Shown piece by piece: positions 1-14,904 of a stretch of 64,000 nucleotides of DNA; position 1 is the stretch's first letter; each line of letters opens with the position of its first letter. The position numbers and the translations under genes are program-made. Below the pieces are notes generated by a model. The model had not been told where the DNA came from, did not search any database, and worked only from the letters and a program-made list of their open reading frames with translations. The DNA is from Hormiphora californensis (taxonomy: Eukaryota > Animalia > Ctenophora): positions 868,001 to 932,000 of the forward strand of contig CM035359.1 of assembly GCA_020137815.1 (NCBI GenBank), given 5' to 3'.

Positions 1-133
1 TTTGAACCCCGGCAGCTCTTACTAGAGACGACAGTAATGAAATTGGAGTTACTACAGCTGTGAAAACTTGGTTATTCTCATTAAAATATTCTACTTGTTC
101 TTTTTCTTTGTAAAGTATGACCTCTGTCGCCTC

Positions 134-183
134 TTGGTATCGAAGGCACCTTCCCGGCAAGGGAGGGGTAACTTCGTTACCAA
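134..183. mobile_element. 50-bp micro TIR element with 9-bp TSD (MULE-like signature)
   Basis: Imperfect inverted ends TTGGTATCGAAG...CTTCGTTACCAA, flanked by exact tgtcgcctc (125-133, 184-192). Related hairpins occur near 8715, 22731 and 49908. Confidence 0.7.
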
Positions 184-524
184 TGTCGCCTCTGTTTATA
201 TTAGTTTGTGAAAACTGGAAATAGAATGATCTCTGAAGGCACATCAATTGTCTATCCTTTAGTTTTTTTGTGTTTGGGCATTTATGGCTCTCCATTTTTT
301 TATTGTATTTTGAGATCTATTTTAGCTGCGATGACTCGATCTCACATGTTTCATGGGAATTCTACAGTTGACAGGATAAACGTTTTGTTTCCTGTTAGAA
401 ATCATAACAAGATAAGAAATATTACATATTATTGCGTAATAATAAATCCCAAACAATATTAGCTGTCATTCGGCTATTTCAATACGGCTCTCCAATGCAA
501 TGTAGAAAGAGCTGTTCTTCAAAC

Positions 525-1876
525 TAGGAAACTCTAGGAATCTTTAGTTCCCTTTAAGGAAACTCTAGTTCCCTTTAACTGGTTTAAGGAAAACCTATAT
601 CCCTCTGCATGGAAACCTATATCCCTCTGGAAACTCTAGTTCCCTTTAACCCTTTGGAGACGATTGGGTCACAGGTGACCCAATACTTTGAACCCGTTTA
701 GCGTCTTTCTAGACCACGTTTGAAAGTTTTAAATTGTTTCCAGGGTTGAAATATACATTTTTCTACCATTTTGAGGTCGTTTTGAGCCTCTGAAGTCGTC
801 GAATTCGGAAAACAGGGCTAAAACAGTGCATTTGGTAGGCAAAATGTGTAGTTTAATGGCCATATCTCAAAATTGGTACGAGTATGCTTAAAATGGACTT
901 GGAAAATGCAAGAAAAGTGTATATTTTACTCCGGGGTAAAGTTTCAGGGTGATATTGCAAATTTTGTGCCTCTCAGAGGCCTTCAAAGTGCTGGGTCACC
1001 TGTGACCCAATCGTCCCCTAACGCTAAAACAGAAATTTGCATTTTACGAGCATTTCTAAAGGAATGGCCGCCGATAAAAGTCCAAAACGGCATTTTTTAA
1101 ACAGGTGCTAGCGACTAACCGACTCCATCATTGTTATCTCAACATCCAAGGGAGCCGATAAAAAATTTTTTGAGATCCGTGCTCCTTCAGAAAATTTTTC
1201 ATCTCGGCAAATTTTGAAATTCTAAAATCGGCTACAGATGAGATAGAGAGGTCCATAGGGTGTGCAAAATGTGCAGAACGGCCGGGTTTATATAAGTGTT
1301 ATGAAGAAACATAGGGCCTAAAATGAACGTTTTTCGAGTTATGGGGCAAAATAGCTGCGAAATCTCAATTCCTGTTTTAGCGTTAGAGGACGATTGGGTC
1401 ACAGGTGACCCAATAGAAATACAGGTGGTAGAACCAAAATTCCTTTTCCTACATTTAAGTAGGTTCAAAGTAAGTGTCTCCAGAAAGTTTTAGAGAATTC
1501 TGTCGACAGGGGGCTTATCGTCCCCAAAGGGTTAAAACCTATATCCCTCTGGAAACTCTAGTTCCAGCTCGGGAAAACCTATATCCCTCTGGAAACTCTA
1601 GTTCCCTTTAGTTTAAGGAAAACCTATATCCCTCTGGAAACTCTAGTTCCCTAGTGGGAAAAAGACACCATCCCTCTGGAAACTCTAGTTCCCTTTAAAA
1701 CCTATGTCCCTCTGGAAACTCTAGTTCCCTTTAAAACCTATGTCCCTCTGGAAACTCTAGTTCCCTTTAACTCTAGTTCCCTTTAAGGAAAACCTATCCC
1801 TCTGGAAACTCTAGTTCCCTTTAAGGAAAACCTATCCCTCTGGAAACTCTAGTTCCAGCTCGGGAAAAAGACACCA
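525..1876. repeat. ~36-bp minisatellite (ggaaactctagttccctttaaaacctatatccctct), interrupted by a piggyBac-like insertion
   Basis: Units are visible at 525-649 and 1532-1876. Confidence 0.9.
650..1531. mobile_element. piggyBac-like non-autonomous element (MITE)
   Basis: TTAA|CCCTTTGGAGACGAT ... ATCGTCCCCAAAGGG|TTAA. Neighbouring minisatellite units show the empty site with a single TTAA. Inverted subrepeats (gacgattgggtcacaggtgacccaat) lie inside. Confidence 0.85.
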
Positions 1877-1992
1877 TTGACGGATCACGGAGCTGTAACT
1901 TTACCCGGGTGTTACATTGACCATCATACTTCCACAAAATACTACTTTAACACATCGCCGCACTGTCGTTTTGAGCATGAGTCTTGATCTTC

Positions 1993-2092
1993 NNNNNNNN
2001 NNNNNNNNNNNNNNNNNNNNNNNNNNNNNNNNNNNNNNNNNNNNNNNNNNNNNNNNNNNNNNNNNNNNNNNNNNNNNNNNNNNNNNNNNNNN
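1993..2092. other. assembly gap (100 N)
   Basis: Run of N. Confidence 1.
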
Positions 2093-2552
2093 AAACAGTC
2101 GACGACAGCATGTGAAAACGAGGTCTGGCCCCGCCAGATAGTTCTACTTTAGAGAGTATAACTGAATTGGTTGTCAATGTCATGCTGTCACAGTGTCAGA
2201 GCATCTGCATTGGATTTGGCGGTGGCCTGAAGTTTGCCATGCTACGTAGTCTGTTGGGCTCTGTCTGGCGCCGCGACCCATCTGAGCGCACTGTCAAATG
2301 GGGTATGGCGCCGCCATACAGGTTGGGCTCGCGTAAGCTCACACCGGGCTTGGTGTGAGGGGATCGCCCTTTGGGCGCGCGAACATGAGGGCAGGGGCGC
2401 GACGTGCCCAAACACCGGGCCTTCGGCCTGGTATGAGACCCGATTCAGACTGGGAATTGATAAATCTAGTGTAAAATTGAAAATTCGCACACTGTGGGAC
2501 CCACACTCCACAGTCAAAAATTTCCCTAGCCCACGCCCAACAAGCCCAAGAT

Positions 2553-2836
2553 TTGGTGACATAAGCTGTAGACACCTGACGCGACCCCCACACACAGGTG
2601 TCGGCTCCGCCCCAAAAAGGGTCGTTTCTTTCAAGGGATGTTGCACGCGATTCACTGGACCGATTTGCATCCGGTTTGTCGCAAAAGACTACAAATTGGT
2701 CCTAATATAGGTACCGGATGCAAATCGGTCCACCTCCAGTGGATCGCGTGCAAGATCTCTTGAAAGACACGACCCTTTTTAGGGGGAGGAGCCGACACCT
2801 GTGTGCGGGGGTCGCGCCAGGTGTCTATGTCACCAA
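2553..2836. mobile_element. palindromic MITE with 9-bp TSD (Mutator/MULE-like)
   Basis: TTGGTGACATA...TATGTCACCAA with ~120-bp imperfect arms; gcccaagat is duplicated at 2544-2552 and 2837-2845. Confidence 0.8.
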
Positions 2837-2916
2837 GCCCAAGATGAAGCGATTTGGCCACGAAATGCCAGATTTTTGACCAAAAACGTCCGATTTAAAT
2901 TTTAAGATTTTATTGT

Positions 2917-3105
2917 TGTGTACTACGGGCACTGCCCCTGTCGCGTCCAATGACAGCATACCCTCTGCAATCTCTATGAGGCCAATATTATTTACAAATA
3001 ATATATTAAAGTGCATTTATTGTCATTTGCCCTACTGAGAGGACCACACGGGAAATAATGGACGTCGTCCGTTGGATGTTGTACTGCGTGATAATTCATG
3101 CCACG
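2917..3105 (+). repeat. ~190-bp direct duplicate of 4266-4456 (sequence just upstream of the secreted-protein gene)
   Basis: Near-identical tgtgtactacgggcactgcccc...gataattcatgccacg at both places. Confidence 0.9.
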
Positions 3106-3173
3106 CGTGCAGCAGTTGCAGTTTGACTGTATGACTGTATGACAAATGGATGTACATTGTACACTGTACTGTA

Positions 3174-3745
3174 CAGGGTGTTCATGTGGGATCTTTACAA
3201 GCGTTTGCCTTGTTCGACCCTCCCTCCCCCCTAAAATAAAATAAAAAGGTTTGAACAAAACAAACAAGCGTTGGGCTTCACCCAGAAAAAAGTTTACAAA
3301 ATTAGCTTATGAAACTTCATACTTGGACTATTCTATACCCTCATTCAAGGTTCATAGTGTTTCCGGAGCTATAATACCGGTTCAGTCACCAAGTTCCAAA
3401 TAAACTGGCTGGAAAGGCCCAATGCAAAACCAGCTCAAAACGGCAAAATTGACATTATAGAGTCTTTCCAGGCACACATCCAATCGGAAATCATCATGAA
3501 ACTTTGGAATTGACATAGAAAATGCCCAAAAAACATTCTAGCAAAGTCTCCGCACCAGCAAAAATTCCTTCTGGTGGTTTTGATGCCAAAAACACACTTC
3601 CAGGGGTATTATTATAGCTCCGAAAACACCATGAACCTTGAATGAGGGTATAGAATAGTCCAAGTATGAAGTTTCATAAGCTAATTTTGTAAACTTTTTT
3701 CTGGGTGAAGCCCAACGCTTGTAAAGATCCCACATGAACACCCTG
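3174..3745. mobile_element. Tc1/mariner-like MITE, family A (CAGGGTGTTCAT ends)
   Basis: TA|CAGGGTG...CACCCTG|TA with long TIRs; sibling at 25765-26401. Confidence 0.85.
3205..3263. mobile_element. 59-bp micro-element nested in the MITE, 8-bp TSD
   Basis: acaagcgt|TTGCCTTGTTCGA...TTGAACAAAACAA|acaagcgt. The opposite TIR arm and the sibling MITE show the empty site. Confidence 0.75.
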
Positions 3746-4514
3746 TATTTTGGCGTAGCTACGCGTAGGTGTGTGCTGACCCTAAGAGTAAGACACGCTG
3801 GGCCGGGGGGGGGGGGGTTCATGACCTTATTGCAATAATATATTGGTTGGACGCCATGCCAATAAGGGGGTGGGTACCCTAGTGGGTGGCTTACCAATAA
3901 GGATCCACCCTTATTCGTAAATACTTGACCAATTAGGGCCCATTAAAGGCATAAACATAATAAATTGGATAAACATGATAAATTGGATCAAATTCAACTT
4001 TCATCGCCCTCGATTTCAAAGTTTTCGAAAAGTTCTCAAAAAATTTCAAAATATTCCCAAAATTTTTGATTTTCAGAGGGCCAAATTTGCAAAAATTTCC
4101 CGAAATTTAGTCGATACCCCCTCATGGTCAACACCAGGTAAAAGCACCAGCTGCTCCAACCATTAACCAACCAACCCCCAAGGACGCAACCATTAAGGGG
4201 GGGGGGCTAACTGGTAATTTAAATCGGACGTTTTTGGTCATAACTCTGTAGCTGTCTTGGGCATGTGTGTACTACGGGCACTGCCCCTGTCGCGGCCAAT
4301 GACAGCATACTCTCTGCAATCTCTATGAGGCCAATATTATTTACAAATAATATATTAAAGTGCATTTATTGTCATTTGCCCTACTGAGAGGACCACACGG
4401 GAAATAATGGACGTCGTCCGTTGGATGTTGTACTGCACGTGATAATTCATGCCACGTATGATAGTTTAGTAATAAAAAGAGCTTAGAATGGGATGAATAT
4501 TAGATCGCATAAAG

Positions 4515-6147
4515 ATGAAGGTGGTATCTATTGTATTGGTTTTACTCCTTGTAAGCTCCGTGTCAGGTAAGCAACCGGTGACGCCCCTATCTGGTGTATG
4601 AGATCCAACAGACTGACAACATATCAACTGTGTTCGATTCAATTGTGCTTCAAAATCAATTTTCATTTTCACCAGGTTCGGTTAAATGGCGTAGCTACTC
4701 CAAAAGCTACATGTATGGCTACTGTAGTCGTCCGTATTCTTTTGGCAATGAGACACAGGCTAGGATCGAATGTCGTGGGAGGGAAGACTGTATGGGACTT
4801 ACCAAGTATAGTGGCCAATACACCCTGAGGAAAGGAGCTTCTATTTTGAAGAGTAATGCAGGTATACTGACGAGCCCATCCATCAACCGAAAAAAAAAGT
4901 ATACATAGGTATATTAATGTACTCAATTGAGTCATATATATGTAATATGTATATAGGGTAGCGACTGGCTATTTGAAATGGCGGCTAATTTGAAACACCC
5001 CTTCTACAGGCCAGCAGGTGCACCAGATTTGGATTTTTAGACATCAGTGGGCAAGTCAGAACTCATGCCAAGCCCACTGATGTCTAAAAATCCAAATCTG
5101 GTGCACCTGCTGGCCTGCAGTTGTTAAATCAAGGTATTCGCTATGCTCTTATGATCTTATGCTACGTACATGACATAACACAGTAGAGAGGGTGTTTCAA
5201 ATTAGCCGCCATTTCAAATAGCCAGTCGCTACCCTATGATTGAAATTAGTAGGCCGGAAAGGTTGTTATTTGAGCTACCTTTAAGCCACCGTATTCTCAC
5301 TACAAGCAGCACTGTTACACATCTTCAGCAAATGGGACCAGTCTTTAACTTCGGTCCTAGATGAGATAGAGACTTGAAATTTTTAATTCAAGTCAATGAC
5401 CCCGAGCCGGGTATACATTCCAAATTTCAAGTCAAACGGATGAAAGGTAGCCACGCTATATTATAGCCTATAGTATCTAGCCTTCTGAAACCTGGGTTTT
5501 CAGCCAAACACCCGGCCATAAAACGTATAACTACGTTTCTGGCAGCGCTTTTGGGGGGATGGCAACCTTTGCGCTTGCCAGCATAGTGATACATAATACA
5601 TATTATTATTACATAAGCTTTATATTATTTTTTATTTAGCTTTTCATTCTAGGGGAAGTGACCTGGGTTGTATCTGAAGGTACTACTGTTAATTGGCGTC
5701 GGTATGCAAATACCAACATTCCTGGCCGTGTTAGTAACAACTTTGAGTATGATAAACTGAAAGACGCTCAGAGTGTTTGTCGACGTCAACCAAACTGTAG
5801 GGGAGTAACCCTACGAAATGGCAAATACACAGGGAGGACAGGACTTGTTATTAAGGTTGGAGAGAGTGTATCAGGTAAACATTATAAACAGTCCGCCTTA
5901 ACACCCACATTTTGTCTTAGTACTCAGTTACAGCCATGTTTCTTGGACTGTCAGAGAATTGTCCGCTGACTCTATTATCATTTCTTCAGTTCTGCACGTC
6001 GAGAACTGTGGTCAGGGTTGTTTATGAGTAACTCAACAAGGTCAGAGTATAGTGGCTTGACAGTTAACTCGGGTGTAGAACAATTGTTATAATTTTGAAT
6101 ATAACAATTGTGTATTTGCAGGTGAAACGTCCTGGGTGAAACGTTAA
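4515..6147 (+). CDS. secreted 161-aa protein with two tandem ~65-aa Cys-containing domains (4 exons: 4515-4566, 4676-4861, 5653-5874, 6122-6147)
   Basis: Signal peptide MKVVSIVLVLLLVSSVSG. All introns are GT-AG phase 1 and the exons sum to 486 nt ending in TAA. The two halves align (W..Y...G...A...C.....C.G.T...G.YT.R.G...GE..WV). Confidence 0.85.
4954..5236. mobile_element. MITE with ~45-bp TIRs and an internal hairpin, in intron 2
   Basis: TAGGGTAGCGACTGGCTATTTGAAATGGCGGC...GCCGCCATTTCAAATAGCCAGTCGCTACCCTA, plus an internal ~45-bp stem at about 5007-5118. Confidence 0.8.
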
Positions 6148-7308
6148 GTCCACATACGCACAGGCAATACGGATATCCGATATGATACGCGGTGATCACT
6201 GAGAGCTGCTAGATGAGGACCATCCATGATACATCAACGGGAATGCCGGAGTATCTCTGCCTGCAGTCCATGGCGTCGCAAGACACCGATTTTATTTCCA
6301 GTTATAAAAGAATTATAGTCATAGACAGTTTTTTGAGAGATGAATGAAAATAATAATTTAGTGTAAACTGATTAAGTGCATCATTAGTGTTAAAATAAAG
6401 TTCAACGTTTAATCTGTCTCAGATACATAGTATGTACTAATACAAATGTTATGTCTATAATCTGTTTCATAGTTCTCGCCTCTCGGTTGGTACCTAATAC
6501 CACTGCGGTTTTTGGTAAATAGAGAAGCACACAAAGGGGCAAAACGGTCGTGACTGAACCTCAGGTTCAGGTCACGGCTATTCCCCGAGATTTTAGGAAA
6601 ATTTTCAGGGAACGGCCGTTTTCCCCAAATAATCACACAATAAGTTCATTTGATAAGAGAAGCACAGTTCATCCATGGCTGTGATAGGGCCGAGACAGCC
6701 CCCTGTTTTGTCGCTTTACTTCGCAACTTGGATGACGGACAACGTTCACCGTGTGATTTGCAAAGATAAAGGAACTCGTCCGGATGAGAGCTGTGTTTTG
6801 CATCGTTTTTCGCCTGACTCTGAAAATGATGAAATTGTTTAAAAAACAGTATGATTCCCGGTGCTCGCTGAATGCTATACACTAGTTAGACGGTCAATAT
6901 GGGGTTAACACACACACACTGCTCCGGGCTCCCACTGTGGCCACAGTTACACAGTGGGTGGATACTGGATAGTCACTAACATGCTTCACTATCGTATCAC
7001 AGAAACTACAAAGCTCACACTCACACTACTCACACACTGATCACACACACACACACACTGATCACACACTGATCACACTCACACTACTCACACTCACACA
7101 CTGATCACACTTCTATCTTGCATTGTGTGTATGTTCTGTCCTAGGCGACCTCACCACCGGACTATAATTGAGTCCTGGCTTAGCAAGTAACCTATATCGG
7201 ATATTTATTAGCAAATCACACCTGGATATATGACATATGAGTCTAAACTAGATTTTTCTATCAGAGTTTGAACTAATTTGCATTCTCATGATCTAGAATG
7301 GGTAGTAT

Positions 7309-7417
7309 CAGGAACCGACCGAATCAGGAAATACTGATCCCTGATTGGCTGATAACCAGTCACATGACCTAAATAACGAGTTCTGATTGGTTGTTTACTT
7401 GTGCCGGTCTGTTCCTG
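7309..7417 (+). mobile_element. 109-bp hAT-like MITE (copy 1 of 7)
   Basis: CAGGAAC...GTTCCTG ends with 8-bp TSD ggtagtat. Confidence 0.85.
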
Positions 7418-7502
7418 GGTAGTATAGTTTGAAATGGGAGCTGTTACAGTCCCATCGGCCCTCGCAAACATTCCTAAAATGAGTGGCAGCTACTGCAGCT
7501 GT

Positions 7503-10061
7503 TCAGTATAGTCCAAAGAGGCTATAAGTATACCTGTTAAAGTTGGTTGCCATGACAGTAACTCGTCTACGTAACGCTCCCCTGACGACCCGTAACCGGA
7601 ACGAGTAGATTGCCGGGTTGAGAACAGCTCCGAGGTAAAAGAAATACCAAAGAATCACCTTTAGGCGCTTCATTTCTTCACTTTCGTTACACTTAGACAA
7701 TGGGGGAAAACAGTCGTGCCTGAATCTCAGGTTCAAGCCACGGCTATTTTCCACTGAGACCTGAGATCTCAGGTTTCAGTGACGGCTACTCCCTAATAGC
7801 CACTGCTGAAACCTGAGATCTCAGGTCTCAGTGGAAAATAGTCGTCCGCGTCCACGGTGAGAGGATCGAGCAGGGTAAAATCAGACTCTAAAAAGTGTAA
7901 GTGAGTGTAATTTATATTGAAAAGTCTTTTATTATTTTCTAAAACCCACTTGATTGAATCATTTTGACTGTTTCACATGTATGTAATACCTAAGATAAAG
8001 GTAGGTAAACTGGGGTAACCAAGTAATGAGAGAGAGAAATACCACTAGCAGCTGTGTCACTGTCGCGTAGTGTGCTGCTCGTTGATCCTTCTTCTCCATT
8101 TGTATTCCTAGTAGGGATGCTGCAGCTTGGATTATTGGATCATTTCGATTCACGTGTTGGAAACAACATCATACATTGCAACTTGTTGAGTCCCAATCAA
8201 CAAGTGGCGACAATAATCTTGGATATACAAAATCTGTGATTAGCTTACCTTGTTTCCCCATGGCTGAATCTTTCCGGGAGTGCTTAAAGACGAGTCTGAC
8301 AGTCAGGGCACACGCCACACAGATAATGAAAAGACTGAGTAGTTTGAATACCAGTCCAGTTTCTATATATTTCACCATATCCGGAATATTCTGAGGGGAA
8401 CAGGAGTTATACTTATACACTGTCAGCACGGTGCCTGACCGGACCCAGCTCTTCTCACAGGATGGACCATTGTGAGCACGCGAGAAAGAGTCATCTTATA
8501 CGGACATGAATCACGTCTCCCCAAACAAAATTGTGTTGTGAAAAAGGTCCCAATAAACTTTAGAATCTAACCTTGAATTCGGGGACACATTGTCCAACAG
8601 GTTCGATGTACCTCGCTCCTTGATAGTATAGGAACAGGGGAAGACAGAAAAGGAGGCCAATAATCCATGTTACACTGCTAACCTGTGAGAAAACCCGGTA
8701 AATAATTTTATGTTGGTTACGAAGTTAACCCTCGAGCGCGCGAAGGGTTATTTTGTAACCAATAAGTATTTTGTGGCTCTATAGGTTATAGCGTACTATA
8801 ATCTCTGACATCTAACAGAGGCAAAAGTAGAACTGCATGGGTGTCAGTTCAGAAAACTAGTGGAACAACTCACAGTGCCTCCACCCCGCCCACCTCCCCC
8901 ACCCACACACACACCCACACACACAACTCACAGTGATGACTGATCGTTTGTTGACATGTCGCTGGTACTTGAAGGGGAAATAGAGGGCAAAACATCGCTC
9001 CAAGCTTATCACAACTAGAGAAAATGAGAAAGCAATTATATATTGATTTGATAAAACTATCAAACAGGATACTATCTTGCTTTGTTGAAACCAGCTCGAA
9101 CAAGGTGCCAATACTGCAGCCCATGTGAAACTACCTGTGGTTGAAAGTGAAATGCTGCTGAACACACCCAGGAACAAGGAGCTAATTCCACACCAAGACA
9201 GCCTACTTGTTTCGATTACAGTCATATTTAGGGTGTGATAACTGTCCGGCTGAAATGATATATTATCTAGGGTTTACAAAGAGAAGTGGATTATGAAACA
9301 TATTAGAAACACTTCCAAAAATTATAAATGAGAAAGAGATTATTGTTATAGGTTGAAATGTGTAGAAACATACCACCCAATTTGCATCTGGTCCACCCGG
9401 CCACCCATCCAAGAACCAAGCAAGGGACACGGGGAGAAGGTGAAGCAGCCCGAGGAGAAAGTCAGATGCGGCAAGGAAGGCAAGGAGTAGAATCGGGGGA
9501 GTGTGAAGTCCACGAGTGCTGATAATCGTCACAAGTGCTGCCATGTTGCCTGCAAAGTTTTAAATATTTTGCAAAAAGGCATAGAGTATCATAGAGATTT
9601 AGAAATCTGTAACGGACATGATAGTGACTATGTGTAGCAAGTATACATCTACGGCCATGTCCCGTTTCAGTTGCGAGGGGCAACGTGTAGCAACTAGAGC
9701 CGCGCACACAGCAACAACCTGCTCCTACATAAACTTCAGCCGGAGTAAAACTTCACTATCTCCTCCTTTTTGGTGATGCAGTTACCCTTAGGCAGCGGAT
9801 TACGGGGGCCCATACCAATCCCCCATACCAATCCCCCATACCAATCCCCCGTATATCTGCTTTGCGCAATAATGAGAGTATTCCCTACACCTATATCGAT
9901 CGGCGCGTTCCAGACAAGTAGCGCGCGCCTTCTCTCAGACAGTTTCTGAATATATATGTTCCCACAGGTCAAATAAGTTTGATAATCAATCTGGCCGAGG
10001 AATGGACAGAATAACGGGTGGAGATTCAACAAATTTCAAGCCAAAAGTTGGTTTTATCAGA

Positions 10062-10140
<79 letters not shown>

Positions 10141-11550
10141 TGCGTGTAGTTGACCGAGAGTAAGAGAATGAAACAAAGACTATTGCTTATTGTATTACTT
10201 ATTACTTTCGTAAAACCGTTTGTTTTGAAAAAGAAACTATGGAGAAGGAGCACGTACTTGGTTACGTCTAGTTACGTCTAGTTGTAACTATCCACAACAA
10301 GATAGGTCCCGGTGACTTGATACTGGATGAATCAATACGTTATGGCCAGTCCAAACAGGGATGTATGATGTCCCTTGTCCATGGCACATCAAGGGATTCT
10401 TCGATGTTGTATGCAGATCCTGCAGAAATGGGTATAACATTTAGAGAAAGAGAAATTAAGAGAAACCTTGCTTACATACACATATTTACACATAGTGGCA
10501 TATATACACATATTTGGTTGCTCACCTCGGTACGGATAGGGGAGGGGTTTACAGTATAGTTGTATTGATGTGTCGGTATTATTAACACTCCACAAGTGTA
10601 TCGAGAAACCTCGTTGCTGTGTATAAACTGAAATATCGGCTCAAGGAGTTAGTAACGTCAGTGAACATTTGACTTGGATTGGCCTGTGTAAATTGGCCCA
10701 GGGGGATGAGGAGAAGGGATCAGGAGAAGGGATCAGGAGAGGGGATCAGGAGAGGGGATGAGGAGAAGGGATCAGGAGAGGGGATCAGGAGAGGGGATCA
10801 GGAGAAGGGATCAGGAGAGGGGATCAGGAGAGGGGATGAGGAGAAGGGATGAGTTGAGGGGATCAGGAGAGGGGATCAGGAGAGGGGATCAGGAGCGGGG
10901 ATCAGGAGAGGGGATCAGGAGAAGGGATCAGGAGAGGGGATCAGGAGAAGGGATCAGGAGAGGGGATCAGGAGAGGGGATCAGGAGAGGGGATGAGGAGA
11001 AGGGATCAGGAGAGGGGATCAGGAGAGGGGATCAGGAGAGGGGATCAGGAGAGGGGATCAGGAGAGGGGATCAGGAGAAGGGATCAGGAGAGGGGATGAG
11101 GAGAGGGGATGAGGAGAAGGGATCAGGAGAGGGGATCAGGAGAGGGGATCAGGAGAGGGGATCAGGAGAGGGGATCAGGAGAGGGGATCAGGAGAAGGGA
11201 TCAGGAGAGGGGATCAGGAGAGGGGATGAGGAGAAGGGATCAGGAGAGGGGATCAGGAGAGGGGATCAGGAGAGGGGATCAGGAGGGGGTCAGGAGAGGG
11301 GATCAGGAGGGGGATCAGGAGAAGGGATCAGGAGAGGGGATCAGGAGAAGGGATGAGGAGTACTTGTAGTCTCTATACTGTGCAGTCTGCACTGCAGACT
11401 GTAACCAGGTACACAACAGACCCAATGATAACACGTTCCGTATTGTAAAACAGTACAGCGTTGGTACCTTAAATAGTTATCATATTTACAAAGGATGACA
11501 TCATAAGAAAAAGGAGCACTCAAATTGCACTGAACGGATGTTAGGTTCAT
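7503..11550 (-). CDS. multi-exon rhodopsin-like (class A) GPCR
   Basis: Exons give xN-MAAL..LAFLAASD (TM1 end/TM2, ~9375-9550), WCG..ISLERC (TM3, ~8930-9200), VTWIIGLLFCLP (TM4, ~8610-8682), TM5 (~8249-8391), LITWLPQF (TM6) and LNPAIY (TM7, stop at 7503). The putative first exon MNLTSVQCNLS...ERVIIGSVVYLV (11380-11550) is less certain, and some junction phases do not close cleanly. Confidence 0.8.
10065..10137. repeat. (GA)n microsatellite
   Basis: Pure dinucleotide run. Confidence 0.95.
10701..11360. repeat. 13-bp minisatellite (ggggatcaggaga) in the putative GPCR intron 1
   Basis: About 50 tandem units; explains the spurious RRGDQERGSGEGI ORFs. Confidence 0.95.
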
Positions 11551-11922
11551 TGTTTTGAAACACTCACTACCAACTAAAACAAATTGTCTTCATCAACTAA
11601 TTTAAAGTGTGTTGGTTGTGACACCCCTGACACCGCTGGGCGCTTCCCCTATTTGAAAACAAAAACATGGTCTGATGCGCCAGATATTGCAGTAATTTTA
11701 GGAAGAGATACGGTAAACAAACTGCCTATCAAAAACTAACTAATAGTAAAAAAATTTCTTGTTTTTGCAGTAGTCTCTGGTACAGAGTGTTCACACTTCG
11801 AGTGATTTGTATTCATCAGTTCTTTCACTCATTACTCTGACATTATAGCTGAAACCATATGTCACTGATTCTCCACTTTAAAGTAAGAGTATCATGGGAA
11901 TCTATTATTCCGTATTAGTGGG

Positions 11923-12022
11923 NNNNNNNNNNNNNNNNNNNNNNNNNNNNNNNNNNNNNNNNNNNNNNNNNNNNNNNNNNNNNNNNNNNNNNNNNNNNNN
12001 NNNNNNNNNNNNNNNNNNNNNN
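11923..12022. other. assembly gap (100 N)
   Basis: Run of N. Confidence 1.
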
Positions 12023-13989
<1,967 letters not shown>

Positions 13990-14904
13990 GAGAGAGAAGG
14001 AGAGTTTGTTACTTTAACTAAAGGGAGAGTTTGTTACTTTAACTAGAGTGAGAGGACAGAAGAAGAGAGAGGGTGATGTGAACACTTGGAACAATCTTGA
14101 AAGCATTTGAGATTTGAAGATTGTAATGATAAAGCGAGGAAGAGAAGAGAAGTTGTGAAAGAACTTTTTGGGTATTTAAACAGTAACTAGTACTAAGTGA
14201 CGTGGCTGTGTTTAGGTCTTAGGACTCTTGACTAAAAAACCCTAACAGCATTTATTTTTTTGATAATCGTTTTTGTGCGTTTGTTTGTTTTTGTTTGTCT
14301 ATTGTGTGTTTGTGTGTGTGTGTGTTTGTGTGTGTTTGTGTGTGTGTGTGTCTGTTCATGTAACTGTTTGTGTGTGTGTGTCCTTGTGAGTTTTTCTGTT
14401 TTCTGTTTTCGTTGTGTAAAAACAAAACCTGAAAAAAAGAGAAAGAGTCCATTCGTTTATAATTTTCCACAATTGTAATTTCTTTATTCGCCCCCTTTAC
14501 TTGAAATATATCAATCGTTTGGCGAGACTAAGTTGTTGAGCTGAGGTAACAAGATAACTGTTCGATTGTGTAAACGATATATATTACCGCTCCCAAATAT
14601 GTTTAGTTTTATACAATCCCATTATTATTAATCCCTGTTTGTCACACTTTCTTGAAACGATCTTGTACTTCAATTTACCCTTAATCCCACGAATAAATCG
14701 TTTCTATTTCTTTAGACCCTGATCCCTTGCAGTCAACCCTCTATTTACCGGGATCTGTGGGGGTAGGAGTTATTTGTACGGCAAATCTATGTTTGAACGG
14801 TGTATATAACTCCATGTTATATATGGATATAATAATATAAGATAATATATATATTATCTTATTAAGCCAAAAACTAATGAAATTAGTTGGCGGGAAAGGT
14901 GGCC

